Assembly: GCA_028711115.1 (NCBI GenBank)
Contig: JAQTSV010000001.1
Location: 966,032-1,030,031 of the forward strand
From: Candidatus Omnitrophota bacterium
GTDB lineage: Bacteria; Omnitrophota; Gorgyraeia; Velamenicoccales; JABMQK01
Reading direction: 5' to 3'
DNA length: 64,000 nt
The position numbers and the translations under genes were made by a program. Under the pieces are notes generated by a model, which was not told where the DNA came from, did no database searches, and worked only from the letters and a program-made list of their open reading frames with translations. Positions 37,418 to 47,462 of this stretch are shown here, one piece after another; positions within the stretch are counted from its first letter, which is position 1, and the number at the start of each line of letters is the position of its first letter.

Positions 37418-38359
37418 CTACCCTTCCTTATCGCAAACAGTTTTATTATAACTCGCTTCGATGGATTTTACCAAATCCATTAATATTGAATTAACCGGCG
37501 TATGTATGCCCAGGCTCTGGCCCTGCTTGACTATCGCGCCGTTTATATAATCTATCTCTGTCTTTCTTTTTTTCAATACATCCTGCAGCATAGATGATAT
37601 ATTCTGCGCCGTAGCTTCGCATACTGCCTCTGTTTTTTCTATGGCATCGTCGTATATCAGCTTTATCCTTTTGCGCTTTACGATTTTCATCGCCTCACTT
37701 ACAGCCTGGCATAAAATATTGCGCGTGCCTTCATATTCGAGTAATTGTCCGTTTTTCAGATGCGTAATGGCTGTTAAGGCGTTTATACCTACATTTATTA
37801 TCAACTTTGACCATATCAATGCCCTGATATCCTTGGAAATGCGCGTAGGTATTCCGGCTTTATTGAATACCTCTCTTATGTCGCGTAAATATGCCGGTAT
37901 TTTACTGTCGGTCTTTCCTATTACGGTATCGCCGAACCCCGCGTGCCTGATCTTACCGTGGCTTATCACATTTGCGCCCTGGTTAGTTACACCACCGATT
38001 ACTCTTTCCTGACCCAGGATTTCACTGATGATTTCAATATTGCCCAAACCGTTTTGCAAAGTCAAAACCAAAGAGCTGTCCTTTAGAACTGGTTTTATAG
38101 ACATGGCTGCATCTTTGGTATCATAAGACTTGACGCAAATTATAAATAAATCTATGTCCTGTAAGTCGCCGGCCTTATCTGTAATCTTTACCTGATAGTT
38201 ATAGGTTTTGTCCTTGCTGTCTACTGTAATACCGTTTTTAGAAATAAAATCCACTCTCTGCTTATCGTGATCCAAAAGGCAGACATTTTGTCCGGCCTTA
38301 CTAAGCATTGTGGTGAAAAGAATACCAATGGCACCAGGCCCTACTATGGCTATATTCAT
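37418..38359 (-). CDS. panE: 2-dehydropantoate 2-reductase
   Basis: 313 aa. IAIVGPGAIG, LQNGLGN, SMLQD..K.TEIDYING motifs. Confidence 0.85.
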   Translation of the reverse strand: MNIAIVGPGAIGILFTTMLSKAGQNVCLLDHDKQRVDFISKNGITVDSKDKTYNYQVKITDKAGDLQDIDLFIICVKSYDTKDAAMSIKPVLKDSSLVLTLQNGLGNIEIISEILGQERVIGGVTNQGANVISHGKIRHAGFGDTVIGKTDSKIPAYLRDIREVFNKAGIPTRISKDIRALIWSKLIINVGINALTAITHLKNGQLLEYEGTRNILCQAVSEAMKIVKRKRIKLIYDDAIEKTEAVCEATAQNISSMLQDVLKKRKTEIDYINGAIVKQGQSLGIHTPVNSILMDLVKSIEASYNKTVCDKEG

Positions 38360-38365
38360 ACGGAT

Positions 38366-38830
38366 TTAATCCTCGGCATCCTCTTCTTTTTCATCATCAA
38401 TCAAAAATGGGCTATAAATACTAAGACCCGTAGCGCGCTTCCAATATTCATAGAACTTTTCGTAATCTTTCCTCTCCGCATACATAACAGCCAGATTTTT
38501 TAAGGCTATGGAATAATTCGGGTCTATGGCTACAGCTGTGTTATATTCTTCCTCTGCCCTGGCATAATCACGTCTCTGCGCATAGACTGTGCCTAAATTA
38601 TTGTGTGCCTTTGCATAATTAGGTTTGATATAAATTGCCTTGGTATACAAAGTTGTGGCATAATCTAAATTGCCAGACTTTTGCGCCTCTATGCCCTCAT
38701 TAAAATACTGTAATGCCTGCGGATCCATTGTCTTGTCTGCAAAAACACGGCTAAAAGAAAAAATCATAAAACCAATTAAACAGAATAACACCGATTTTCC
38801 TAAATTCATTTTCCTGATTTTATGATTCAT
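38366..38830 (-). CDS. Secreted TPR-repeat protein
   Basis: 154 aa. Signal peptide, then three TPR units (AKAHNNLGTVYAQRRDYARAEEEY etc.). Confidence 0.75.
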   Translation of the reverse strand: MNHKIRKMNLGKSVLFCLIGFMIFSFSRVFADKTMDPQALQYFNEGIEAQKSGNLDYATTLYTKAIYIKPNYAKAHNNLGTVYAQRRDYARAEEEYNTAVAIDPNYSIALKNLAVMYAERKDYEKFYEYWKRATGLSIYSPFLIDDEKEEDAED

Positions 38831-38902
38831 ATTCCCTCTCCTTTAACAAATCCGCCGCTGATTATTTGCGGATGTTTTAATTTTAATTCGTATAGTGTTA
38901 AA

Positions 38903-39667
38903 TTAACATATATTGACCTTACGGTCAAGCAATTCATTAAGCATTTTTACGCTCTTAAACTTCTTTTCCAGGTGAAAATCCAGGAAAGAAAAAATTACCC
39001 TGCTAAGCTGCCTCTCCACAGAAGGCAAAATGTCCAATCTCAGCGATTCCGGCCAGTTGCTGTTCTGAAAAAAGAGTATGGTGGCAATGGTACCGGCAAT
39101 AATACCCTCGCATTGCGCATCTTTATGGGAACATTCTGGGCACAACAGCCCGCCGAAGCGATTACTGAAAAATGCCTTTTCTTTTATAGACTTTCTGCAA
39201 ATTACACAACTTTCCAAATGGGGCTGAAAACCTGAAAGAGAAAGCAATTTCAGAGTAAAATTATATATGAGCTTCTGCGGAGCTCTAGTGTCTTCCAGGG
39301 AATGCAGGAAATCGAGTAGAAGTCCGTAGACTTCCGGATGGGCGTCTTCCGGCGGCATTATCGAATACACAAGCTCAGCGCAAAAACCCGCCAAGCCGAA
39401 TTTAGTCACATCCGATTTAAGGCAGCCGAACTCATTCTTAAAATCACACTGGCTTACCAGATGGAGCTCGGAAAATCTTTTTCTGTAAAAAATAATTTCA
39501 TTTATGGAGAGAAAATCCAGACGGGAAGCGAATTTCTTGGGGTCTTTGCGGATGCCTTTTAACAGACCGCTTATCTTTCCGAATTTTTTAGAATAAAATA
39601 CGGCAATCTTGCTGGTCTCACGGAAATCCCTGGTTTTTAATACTATGGCTTCATCTCGGCAAATCAT
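38903..39667 (-). CDS. recO: DNA repair protein RecO
   Basis: 254 aa. EAIVLKTRDFRETSKI OB-fold N-terminus and Zn motif CVICR...CPEC. Confidence 0.85.
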   Translation of the reverse strand: MICRDEAIVLKTRDFRETSKIAVFYSKKFGKISGLLKGIRKDPKKFASRLDFLSINEIIFYRKRFSELHLVSQCDFKNEFGCLKSDVTKFGLAGFCAELVYSIMPPEDAHPEVYGLLLDFLHSLEDTRAPQKLIYNFTLKLLSLSGFQPHLESCVICRKSIKEKAFFSNRFGGLLCPECSHKDAQCEGIIAGTIATILFFQNSNWPESLRLDILPSVERQLSRVIFSFLDFHLEKKFKSVKMLNELLDRKVNIC

Positions 39668-39692
39668 ATTTATGTAAAGTTTTAAAAGTTAT

Positions 39693-40904
39693 TTACAGAT
39701 GATTTTTCAGCAGGGCGAAGACTTGTTCCGGCTTAATCGCTTTTAAGCAATTATTATCCCTGCAGGAAGAATTTCTGTGGTTAAAAGCGGAAAAACAGGG
39801 CGAACAAGGAAAATCTGAATAAATTATCCAGTTGTTTTCTCCTAATGGGGAGTAGATTTGCGGGCTCTCCGGGCCAAAGAAAATAAACTTCTTTACAGGA
39901 GTCAATGAAGATATATGCGTTACGCCGCTGTCATTGGCAATCAAAGCCACAGCCATATAAAAAAGGGCCAGCAATTCAGACAGCGTCGTATTATTGCATA
40001 AATTGATACACCTTTTGTCTTTTAAGGCATCGTATAGCAATAACGATTTCCTGTCTTTAGAATTCTCATCTTTGCCCACTATAATAAGGTAATTTTTCCC
40101 GTCTTCCAGAATCTTCTTGGAAAGCACAATAAAATTCTCCAAAGGCCACTCTCTTAAAGGCAGCATACCATCGCCGGGATTTATAAGGAATATTTTTGAC
40201 CTGTCATTAACGCCGAACTCACTTAACCTCTTATACATTTGTTCTATTGTTTCCTTTGGTGCGCTTGCTTTCGGCAAAGTAATTTCTCTATCCTCGACTT
40301 TTCTCTCTAATTCCGGAGACATTTTCTCCGGCATAGCCACTACCTGCCACAAAGATAAAAATGACTTGCTGATATGGATTAAAGGATTGTGCCCAATGTT
40401 GTGCGTGAGGAGATTTCCCCGGTACAGCCCTTCAAAATGATAACGGTAGAATCCTATTCTCTTATCTGCGCTGCTTAAGTAAGCAAGTATTGCCGTGAAA
40501 CGCGAGAATAACTCCAAATCAAATGCTATATCTATCTTCTCTCTGTTTAATTTCCGAATTACCCTCAGAGTATCCCAGATAAATAAATGAGGCGGGCTTT
40601 CCCTTATGATCAGGATATTTTCCTCCGGAATAACCTTTAACAATTCGAATATGGATTTATTCCTTTCAAAGGTAAGGAAGAAAATCTTTGCCTGAGGATA
40701 TTCCTTGCGCGCCAAATCTATCAGGGAATAAGAAAGGATAATACTTCCTATCTCCGATAATTTAATAAACAGAATCTTCCGGGGTGTGGCATTCGGCTTT
40801 CTTCTGAAAGGGATAAACCTTGAAATGCTGTTTACCACGCTGAACATAAAGCACAAAGGAACACCTATCCAGTAATCTATTTTTCTCACTAAATTAAGAT
40901 TCAT
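39693..40904 (-). CDS. Glycosyltransferase family 9 (heptosyltransferase-like)
   Basis: 403 aa. LINPGDG...REWP and IANDSGVTHISS motifs. Confidence 0.75.
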   Translation of the reverse strand: MNLNLVRKIDYWIGVPLCFMFSVVNSISRFIPFRRKPNATPRKILFIKLSEIGSIILSYSLIDLARKEYPQAKIFFLTFERNKSIFELLKVIPEENILIIRESPPHLFIWDTLRVIRKLNREKIDIAFDLELFSRFTAILAYLSSADKRIGFYRYHFEGLYRGNLLTHNIGHNPLIHISKSFLSLWQVVAMPEKMSPELERKVEDREITLPKASAPKETIEQMYKRLSEFGVNDRSKIFLINPGDGMLPLREWPLENFIVLSKKILEDGKNYLIIVGKDENSKDRKSLLLYDALKDKRCINLCNNTTLSELLALFYMAVALIANDSGVTHISSLTPVKKFIFFGPESPQIYSPLGENNWIIYSDFPCSPCFSAFNHRNSSCRDNNCLKAIKPEQVFALLKNHL

Positions 40905-40919
40905 AATTTATGGCCTCGC

Positions 40920-41339
40920 TTATTTTGGTTTTTTGACCAGGATTTTCTTAAGAATTGATTCCTGCCTCTTCCACATTCTGGATCTTTCTTTTGAGTTTTC
41001 ATCATTATATCCGAATACGTGTAAAATCCCGTGGATAGTGCATCTGTAAAGCTCCTCTTTGAAACTTGCGCCAAAGTAGGCGGAATTACTCTTCACCACG
41101 CAAGGCGCGATAAATACCTCGGCATAGTCATTGCCTAAATTAAACGAAATCACATCTGTGAGGCGGTTCTTCTTGAAGAATTGCTGGTTGAGTTTCTTTA
41201 TAAGGAGATTTTCGACAAAATATAAGCTTAGCTTCAGATTATTTAACCGCGGAGGAGGATTAACCTTTTTAGCTATTTTTCTTATACTGGCTGGGTTTAT
41301 TGTGATCTTCCCTTGAAGATTCTTTATTATTATTTTCAC
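40920..41339 (-). CDS. ybeY: rRNA maturation endoribonuclease YbeY
   Basis: 139 aa. TIHGILHVFGYND metal motif. GTG start at 41339, 71-nt overlap with the upstream gene. Confidence 0.8.
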   Translation of the reverse strand: MKIIIKNLQGKITINPASIRKIAKKVNPPPRLNNLKLSLYFVENLLIKKLNQQFFKKNRLTDVISFNLGNDYAEVFIAPCVVKSNSAYFGASFKEELYRCTIHGILHVFGYNDENSKERSRMWKRQESILKKILVKKPK

Positions 41340-42681
41340 TTTTCTTTTCTGGATATTCTACTCGGCTATGATAAACAGCAGAAAGTATATGGATAAATAT
41401 CTTAGAGATTTTAGTCAGGTCCTTAAGAGTCAGATCGCAGTCGTCTAACTGGCCGTCGATAAATTTATTGTTAATTACCGTCTGCACTACTTCTTCTATG
41501 CGCTGGACATTGGGGACTTCCACAGCCCTGCAAGCCGCCTCCACAGAATCCGCCAAAAGCACAATGGCTGTTTCCTTTGTCTGTGGCTTTGGGCCGGCAT
41601 AACGAAAACCATCTTCTTTTATCTCGCTCTGTTCCTGTGTCTGTTCAAGCGCACGCAGATAGAAATAAAACACAAGGCTTGTGCCATGATGCTGCTCGAT
41701 AAATTGAGTTATGGCTGAATTCAATTTGTATTTCTTTGCCAGGCCGATCCCGTCTTTAACGTGATTTGTAATTACGATTTTAGACATAGAGGCCTTTAGC
41801 TGTTCGTGCCGCGATAATGGCTCAGGTTGATTTTCGGAGAAATATTCCGGCTTTTCCAATTTACCGATATCGTGATAATATGCGCCCACCCTTGCCAGGA
41901 GCGCATTGGCATTAATGGCTTCAGCGGCCATCTCAGCTAAATTGCCCACAAGCAGGCTGTGATGATATGTCCCCGGCGCTTCCAAAACCAGCCTTTTAAG
42001 AAGCGGATGATTGAAATCGGACAATTCCAAAAGGCTTATATTCGTTACCAAATTAAACAGTGATTCAAATATAGGCAAGGCCCCCGCCACTATAAAAGCC
42101 GAAACTATTCCGTTTATAAATGCCGGGATTAAATGGCGGTAAAAAACAGGTAATACTGCGATGGGAATCCTATAAATAAATATCAAAGACAAAACCATGG
42201 CCACGCTGACTGCCAGGCCTGCCTGAATTATTTTGGAGCGCTGGCGTATCCTGTAGGCAAAGAATACGCCTGACAGAGATCCTAAAAACATCACCACAGC
42301 GACATAGAGGCTGGCGTGAAAAATAAATCCTGTGAATATGCTCAAACAAAAAGACATAAGCAGGGCTATTTCTAAGTTGGAAAATAAAATAACGGTAAGC
42401 ATGGCTATGGCAGGAATAGGGACAAAATAGACAGAAAGATTGGTATATCTTTTAAAGAATACTGCGATGGCAAAACCCAGGGTAAACAAAAAACTCAGCT
42501 GCAAAATGTCTGTCTTTTTGGTTCTGCGCGACTCTATAATCTCCAAATAAGCGAATATGAAGAACAAAAGGAGCGTCAGAATCAGGTTAATCTGGGAAAT
42601 CCAGGAGAATGAAACTAAAAACACAAATGCCAGCGTATACAGAATAATTTTACGTATTATCTTTTTTGTTTGATCTTTCAT
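41269..42681 (-). CDS. 7TM-HD (HDIG) membrane phosphohydrolase, PgpH-like
   Basis: 470 aa. Seven hydrophobic segments, then HHSLLVGNLA...YYHDIGK...HHG HD-domain motifs. Lacks the long extracytoplasmic N-terminal domain. Confidence 0.75.
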   Translation of the reverse strand: MKDQTKKIIRKIILYTLAFVFLVSFSWISQINLILTLLLFFIFAYLEIIESRRTKKTDILQLSFLFTLGFAIAVFFKRYTNLSVYFVPIPAIAMLTVILFSNLEIALLMSFCLSIFTGFIFHASLYVAVVMFLGSLSGVFFAYRIRQRSKIIQAGLAVSVAMVLSLIFIYRIPIAVLPVFYRHLIPAFINGIVSAFIVAGALPIFESLFNLVTNISLLELSDFNHPLLKRLVLEAPGTYHHSLLVGNLAEMAAEAINANALLARVGAYYHDIGKLEKPEYFSENQPEPLSRHEQLKASMSKIVITNHVKDGIGLAKKYKLNSAITQFIEQHHGTSLVFYFYLRALEQTQEQSEIKEDGFRYAGPKPQTKETAIVLLADSVEAACRAVEVPNVQRIEEVVQTVINNKFIDGQLDDCDLTLKDLTKISKIFIHILSAVYHSRVEYPEKKSENNNKESSREDHNKPSQYKKNS

Positions 42682-43603
42682 ATGCCTCGATTATCTCCTG
42701 CACCAATGCGTGCCTTACTACATCTGCATAGCTGAAATATACAAATTTGATGCCTTCTATATCACTTAAAATTCTCTGCGCTTCCAGTAAGCCCAGGGGT
42801 TTTCCGCCGGGAAGGTCTGTCTGAGTGATGTCTCCGGTGATAACTGCCTTGGAATCAAATCCCAGCCGCGTAAGAAACATCTTCATCTGTTCGTGCGTGC
42901 AATTCTGCGCCTCGTCCAATATTATGAAGGCATCGTTTAATGTCCTGCCGCGCATATAAGCCAAAGGTGCGACTTCTATTACTCCTATCTCTAAATATTT
43001 CTCAATCCTGGCTGCGTCCATCATATCATATAATGCGTCATACAGAGGCCTAAGATATGGAGAAATTTTTTCTATCATATCACCCGGCAAATAACCCAGG
43101 CTTTCTCCGGCCTCAATGGCTGGCCTGGTTAAAATTATCCTGCGCACCTTGCCGCTCTTTAAGGCCTCAACCGCCATGGCCATAGCCAGGTAAGTCTTGC
43201 CTGTGCCTGCAGGTCCGATACTGAATACGATATCGTAATTCCTGATCGCATCCACATATTCTTTTTGGCCTTTGGTGCGCGGACCGATAGACTTCGCCAA
43301 TGAAGAATCTATTATGCGTTCTTCTCTGAGATTCAATGAACCGCCTTGCTTATATTCCTTTAAGCTATAGGCGACATCCTGCCGGGTAAGTTCTTTTCCC
43401 TGACGGATTAAATTTAACAGTTGGCAGATAAAGTTTAAGGATTTTTCTAAATTATCTTTTTTGTGAGAGGCAATTTTTATGCCTTCGGCGCTGCTGGAAA
43501 CACGGATATCAAATGCATCCTCGATAAGGCGCATATTCTCATCGTGAGAGCCAAAGATTTTTTGTATCTCCTTGCTGGATTCAATAGGAATTATCCTATT
43601 CAT
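42650..43603 (-). CDS. phoH: PhoH-like ATPase
   Basis: 317 aa. GPAGTGKTYLA Walker A, ILDEAQN Walker B, ITGDITQTDLP. Confidence 0.9.
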   Translation of the reverse strand: MNRIIPIESSKEIQKIFGSHDENMRLIEDAFDIRVSSSAEGIKIASHKKDNLEKSLNFICQLLNLIRQGKELTRQDVAYSLKEYKQGGSLNLREERIIDSSLAKSIGPRTKGQKEYVDAIRNYDIVFSIGPAGTGKTYLAMAMAVEALKSGKVRRIILTRPAIEAGESLGYLPGDMIEKISPYLRPLYDALYDMMDAARIEKYLEIGVIEVAPLAYMRGRTLNDAFIILDEAQNCTHEQMKMFLTRLGFDSKAVITGDITQTDLPGGKPLGLLEAQRILSDIEGIKFVYFSYADVVRHALVQEIIEAYERSNKKDNT

Positions 43604-43609
43604 AAAGAA

Positions 43610-44164
43610 TTACTCTTCTGCGGGAATATTCAGCACCTGTCCAGGATAAATTTTGTTCGGCGTCTTTAATTGCCCTTCATTGGCCTTAAAGATCTTGTAC
43701 CATTTATGTTTGGTGCCATAGATTTCTGGCCTTGCGGAAATTTTCTCTAATGTGTCACCTTGTTTTACCACGTATGTCTTTGACTTTTTGGCTGTTTCCG
43801 TGGAAGCTGCCGGAGTTGCGGCCGGAGCCTGTTCCGGCGCTGCAACGCTTTCCTCATAAATCATGGCGTTCTGGGAAACACCTTCTTTTCCTTCGGCCTT
43901 TTGAGAAGTAGCCTCTGCCTGCGCAGCTTGCTTATTATGCTTGCCTAATTCGACTTCCGTCACGTAAGTAGTGCGTGTCTTTTTCTCTACAGTCTTTCTC
44001 GCCGGGGCGCTGCCTTTCAAATATCCCTGATTTCCTTCGATTACCTGATCAGGGCGTTCCTTTACAACTGTATATGACCTGACCAAACATCCGGAACTTG
44101 CAAACGCCAGCACAAAAACCATTAAGCATAAATATTGAATTCTTGAAATCTTTTTATTATCCAT
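43610..44164 (-). CDS. LysM-domain lipoprotein
   Basis: 184 aa. Lipobox FASSGC and C-terminal LysM (YVVKQGDTLEKIS...IYPGQVLNIP). Confidence 0.8.
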   Translation of the reverse strand: MDNKKISRIQYLCLMVFVLAFASSGCLVRSYTVVKERPDQVIEGNQGYLKGSAPARKTVEKKTRTTYVTEVELGKHNKQAAQAEATSQKAEGKEGVSQNAMIYEESVAAPEQAPAATPAASTETAKKSKTYVVKQGDTLEKISARPEIYGTKHKWYKIFKANEGQLKTPNKIYPGQVLNIPAEE

Positions 44165-44232
44165 CCTGTTTCCTCCTTTGATTATCGGTATCCCTAAAAT
44201 AATATTTATTCAAAAACTCCTTTTTACAGCTT

Positions 44233-45618
44233 TTATTTGGAGTCGTCAATATTAATATTTAATTCCTTTAACTGTTTCTTATTAACACTGGAAGGTGCAT
44301 TTGTCAATGGACAAAATGCTTTTTGCGTCTTGGGAAAAGCAATCACGTCCCTTATTGTATCACTTCTGCACATTATAGCAAGCAATCTGTCAATGCCAAA
44401 GGCAATGCCGCCGTGTGGCGGGGCGCCGTATTCAAATGCCTTTAACAGGAATCCGAATCTTTCCTCAATCTCTTTTTCCTCAAGATTTAAGAGCTTGAAA
44501 ATCTTATTCTGCAGCTCTCTTTGGTGAATCCTGATTGAACCGCTGGCCATTTCATTGCCATTTAACACCAAATCATAGGAACAGGCGCGTATCTTTGAAG
44601 GGTCTTTGTCCAATAAATGTATGTCTTCTTTCTTGGGCATGGTAAAAGGATGGTGCTCGCTGTCCCAGCGTTTTTCCTCGTCGTTATATTTAAATAATGG
44701 GAAATCCACCACCCAAAGGAAAGAAAAACCTTCTTTTTTATTTCTTATGTCCGGCTTGTCCGAACCGTATTTGGACACCGCTTCATTATAAGTTAAACGT
44801 TTGAAAGGAATTTCCAATTCTACGCCCAGTGTGTCTTTGAATAACTTATGCATAAGCCTTTCGCTTAATTTGAAAATATCTTCCTCTTCGCAAAAAGACA
44901 TCTCAATATCAATCTGCGTAAATTCTGGCTGCCTGTCGGCGCGAAGGTCTTCATCGCGGAAACACTTGGCTATCTGAAAATATTTGTCAAAACCCGAAAC
45001 CATTAATATCTGTTTGAATAACTGGGGCGACTGGGGAAGCGCAAAGAAATTCCCCGGGCTAAGGCGCGAAGGCACCAGAAAATCCCGCGCCCCTTCGGGC
45101 GTGGATTTCGTAAGAATGGGCGTCTCCACCTCCACAAAATCCTCTTTGGATAAAAACTGGCGCGCCACCTGAAAGAAACGGTGCCGCAAAAGCAATTTAT
45201 CCAGCATCTTCTTCCTTCTCAAATCCAGATAGCGGTGCTGCAGCCGGATTTCCTCGGTCAGTTCGATGTCGTCCTCAATTTCAAAAGGCGGATTAAGCGA
45301 ACTATTTAAGATTTCCAATTCTTTGGCCAATACTTCAACTTCGCCTGTCTTAAGATTGGGATTCTTGGTGTTTTCCGGACGGGGATTTACAATACCTTTT
45401 ATGCGCACCACAAATTCCGCGCGTAATTCCGCGGCTAATTTATAACTTTCGCCGCAATCCTTGGGGATAAAAACCACCTGCGTAATTCCGTATCTGTCGC
45501 GCAAATCTATAAAAATAAGTTTTCCGTGGTCGCGCCTGCGAAAAACCCAACCGCACAAAATAACTTCTTTGTCTTTATCCTTTAGCGTCAATTCACCGCA
45601 GGTTACAGTCCTTAGCAT
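44233..45618 (-). CDS. aspS: Aspartate--tRNA ligase, bacterial-type core without the GAD insertion domain
   Basis: 461 aa. OB-fold N-terminus (GWVFRRRDHGKLIFIDLRD), motif 2 (FRDEDLRADRQPEFTQID), motif 3 (GIAFGIDRL). YGSDKPDIRN is followed after ~8 aa by FLWVVDFPLF. Confidence 0.85.
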   Translation of the reverse strand: MLRTVTCGELTLKDKDKEVILCGWVFRRRDHGKLIFIDLRDRYGITQVVFIPKDCGESYKLAAELRAEFVVRIKGIVNPRPENTKNPNLKTGEVEVLAKELEILNSSLNPPFEIEDDIELTEEIRLQHRYLDLRRKKMLDKLLLRHRFFQVARQFLSKEDFVEVETPILTKSTPEGARDFLVPSRLSPGNFFALPQSPQLFKQILMVSGFDKYFQIAKCFRDEDLRADRQPEFTQIDIEMSFCEEEDIFKLSERLMHKLFKDTLGVELEIPFKRLTYNEAVSKYGSDKPDIRNKKEGFSFLWVVDFPLFKYNDEEKRWDSEHHPFTMPKKEDIHLLDKDPSKIRACSYDLVLNGNEMASGSIRIHQRELQNKIFKLLNLEEKEIEERFGFLLKAFEYGAPPHGGIAFGIDRLLAIMCRSDTIRDVIAFPKTQKAFCPLTNAPSSVNKKQLKELNINIDDSK

Positions 45619-45619
45619 A

Positions 45620-46870
45620 TCACTCCTTTAAAATGTTTTTGATAAATCCAACTGCGTTTACGAATTCAACTTCTTCCTGCTTTCCTTCCTGCATAAATTT
45701 AACAACCAGCTTGCCTTTGTTAATCTCGTCGTCTCCGATAATAATGGCAAATCTTGCGCCTAATTTATTCGCCTCATTTAATTTTGACTTTAATGAGCCG
45801 TCGGAATAATCAAAATCGCAGCTCACTCCCGCGCTTCTTAAATTTTTTACCAATTCCAAACTTTTATCCGCGGCTTTATCGCCTAAGCTCATCACATAAA
45901 CATTTAATTTCTTTGAGCTTTCTTTTTTGGGAAGCGCAAGCATTAAACGCTCCTCGCCAAAGGCAAATCCCACAGCGCCGATTTCCTTATTTGCCAATTC
46001 TTTAAACAGGTAATCGTATCTTCCGCCGGCGCCCAAGGCATCTTGCGCGCCCAAGTCCGGATGGACAACTTCGAATACAACTCCGGAATAATAATCCAAA
46101 CCGCGCACCAATTGCTCTTTTACCTCGTATTTTATACCAAATTTATCCAAACCTTTCAAAACTTTATCGAAATGAGATTTGCAATCGCCGCAAAGATAGC
46201 TCTGTCCGATTTTTAATGAGTGGGTTATTTCTTTGCATTTTTCATTCTTGCAATCTAATACTCTGAAAACATTCTTGGTAATTCTTTTCTGGCAATCCTT
46301 GCACAGAACTTTTTTATGTTTTGCCAAAGCTTGTTTTAATAAATCCGCGAATTTAGCTTTATCTTTAACACAGCCCAGCGAATTTATGACAAATTTATAA
46401 TTGGAAATTCCGAATTCGCGGAGTAATTTGTCTGCCAGCTCAATTACCTCTATATCCAGATTAGGATTGGTCAAACCAATTGCCTCAACGCCGATATGGT
46501 GGAATTGTCTTAATCTGCCTTTTTGCGGGCGCTCAGCGCGGAACATGGGCCCGATATAAAATAACTTTCTTAATTTTACGCCAAAGCCCAGATTATTTTC
46601 CAGATAGGCGCGGGCTATGGAAGCAGTTGCCTCAGGCCGTAGCACAAAGTGATCATCACCCTGTTTAAACACAAACATCTGTTTCTGAACAATGTCTGTA
46701 ACATCGCCTAATGCGCGCTTGAATAATGTGACATTTTCAAAAACAGGCGTGCGGATTTCCGCATAGTTATATAAGGAAAAAATGCGCCTGGCTTTGGATT
46801 CAACTTCTTGCCAGACAGGAGTTTCCTCCGGAAGGATATCTTTTGTGCCTCGGGGAACCTGAAGTAACAT
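45620..46870 (-). CDS. hisS: Histidine--tRNA ligase
   Basis: 416 aa. PRGTKDILP, FRAERPQKGRLRQFHHIG, GGRYD, GFAFGEERL motifs. Confidence 0.9.
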   Translation of the reverse strand: MLLQVPRGTKDILPEETPVWQEVESKARRIFSLYNYAEIRTPVFENVTLFKRALGDVTDIVQKQMFVFKQGDDHFVLRPEATASIARAYLENNLGFGVKLRKLFYIGPMFRAERPQKGRLRQFHHIGVEAIGLTNPNLDIEVIELADKLLREFGISNYKFVINSLGCVKDKAKFADLLKQALAKHKKVLCKDCQKRITKNVFRVLDCKNEKCKEITHSLKIGQSYLCGDCKSHFDKVLKGLDKFGIKYEVKEQLVRGLDYYSGVVFEVVHPDLGAQDALGAGGRYDYLFKELANKEIGAVGFAFGEERLMLALPKKESSKKLNVYVMSLGDKAADKSLELVKNLRSAGVSCDFDYSDGSLKSKLNEANKLGARFAIIIGDDEINKGKLVVKFMQEGKQEEVEFVNAVGFIKNILKE

Positions 46871-46891
46871 AAGGTCTTAATTCCTAATCTG

Positions 46892-46918
46892 AAAAAAGGC
46901 GGGATTAAACCCGCCCTT
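46892..46918 (-). terminator. Rho-independent terminator downstream of hup
   Basis: Minus strand reads aaGGGCGGGtttaatCCCGCCttttttc, a GC stem followed by a T6 run. Confidence 0.8.
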
Positions 46919-46962
46919 GAGTTATTTTCTAAGTTTATATCTAAGAATTATATCGATGATTG

Positions 46963-47235
46963 CTATTTTATCTTGTTCTTCATCTCCAGGCCCGGCTTAA
47001 ACACAGCTACCTTGCGCGAAGGAACTGGGACAACCTCGCCTGTGCGCGGATTTCTGCCTGTGCGGCTGCGCCTCTCTTTGATTTTGAACACGCCGAAATT
47101 GCGCAGTTCCACCTTCTCCCCGCGCACCAAACTATCTATAATCTGGTCGAAAGTCTTTTGTACAACTTTCTTTACGTCAATCTGCTTTATGTTAGTCTCG
47201 TCCGAAATCTTCAGCACAATATCTTTTTTCGTCAT
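46963..47235 (-). CDS. hup: HU/IHF-family DNA-binding protein
   Basis: 90 aa. GEKVELRNFGVFKIKERRSRTGRNPRTGEVVPVP arm motif. AAAGGAGG SD. Confidence 0.9.
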   Translation of the reverse strand: MTKKDIVLKISDETNIKQIDVKKVVQKTFDQIIDSLVRGEKVELRNFGVFKIKERRSRTGRNPRTGEVVPVPSRKVAVFKPGLEMKNKIK

Positions 47236-47352
47236 AACTAACCTCCTTTAATGAGCAGATAATTTATGGAATGTTAGTGAACATAAGTGAAGCTAAGTTT
47301 GGGCTTTATTTGAAATTTTATATAACTACCATAGCACTAAGCAGTTATGAAG

Positions 47353-47398
47353 TCAAGGAAAATCGCCTTTGCTAAAACCCTGAAGCGATTTTCCTTGA
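47353..47398 (-). terminator. 14-bp perfect-stem hairpin (terminator-like, no U tract) downstream of the orphan gene
   Basis: TCAAGGAAAATCGC, an 18-nt loop, then GCGATTTTCCTTGA. Confidence 0.4.
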
Positions 47399-47462
47399 TT
47401 CCGAGCGTCAGCGAAGAATCTAGAGGCAATTCCAATGGCTTATCTAGAAACGGTTTAAGTTA

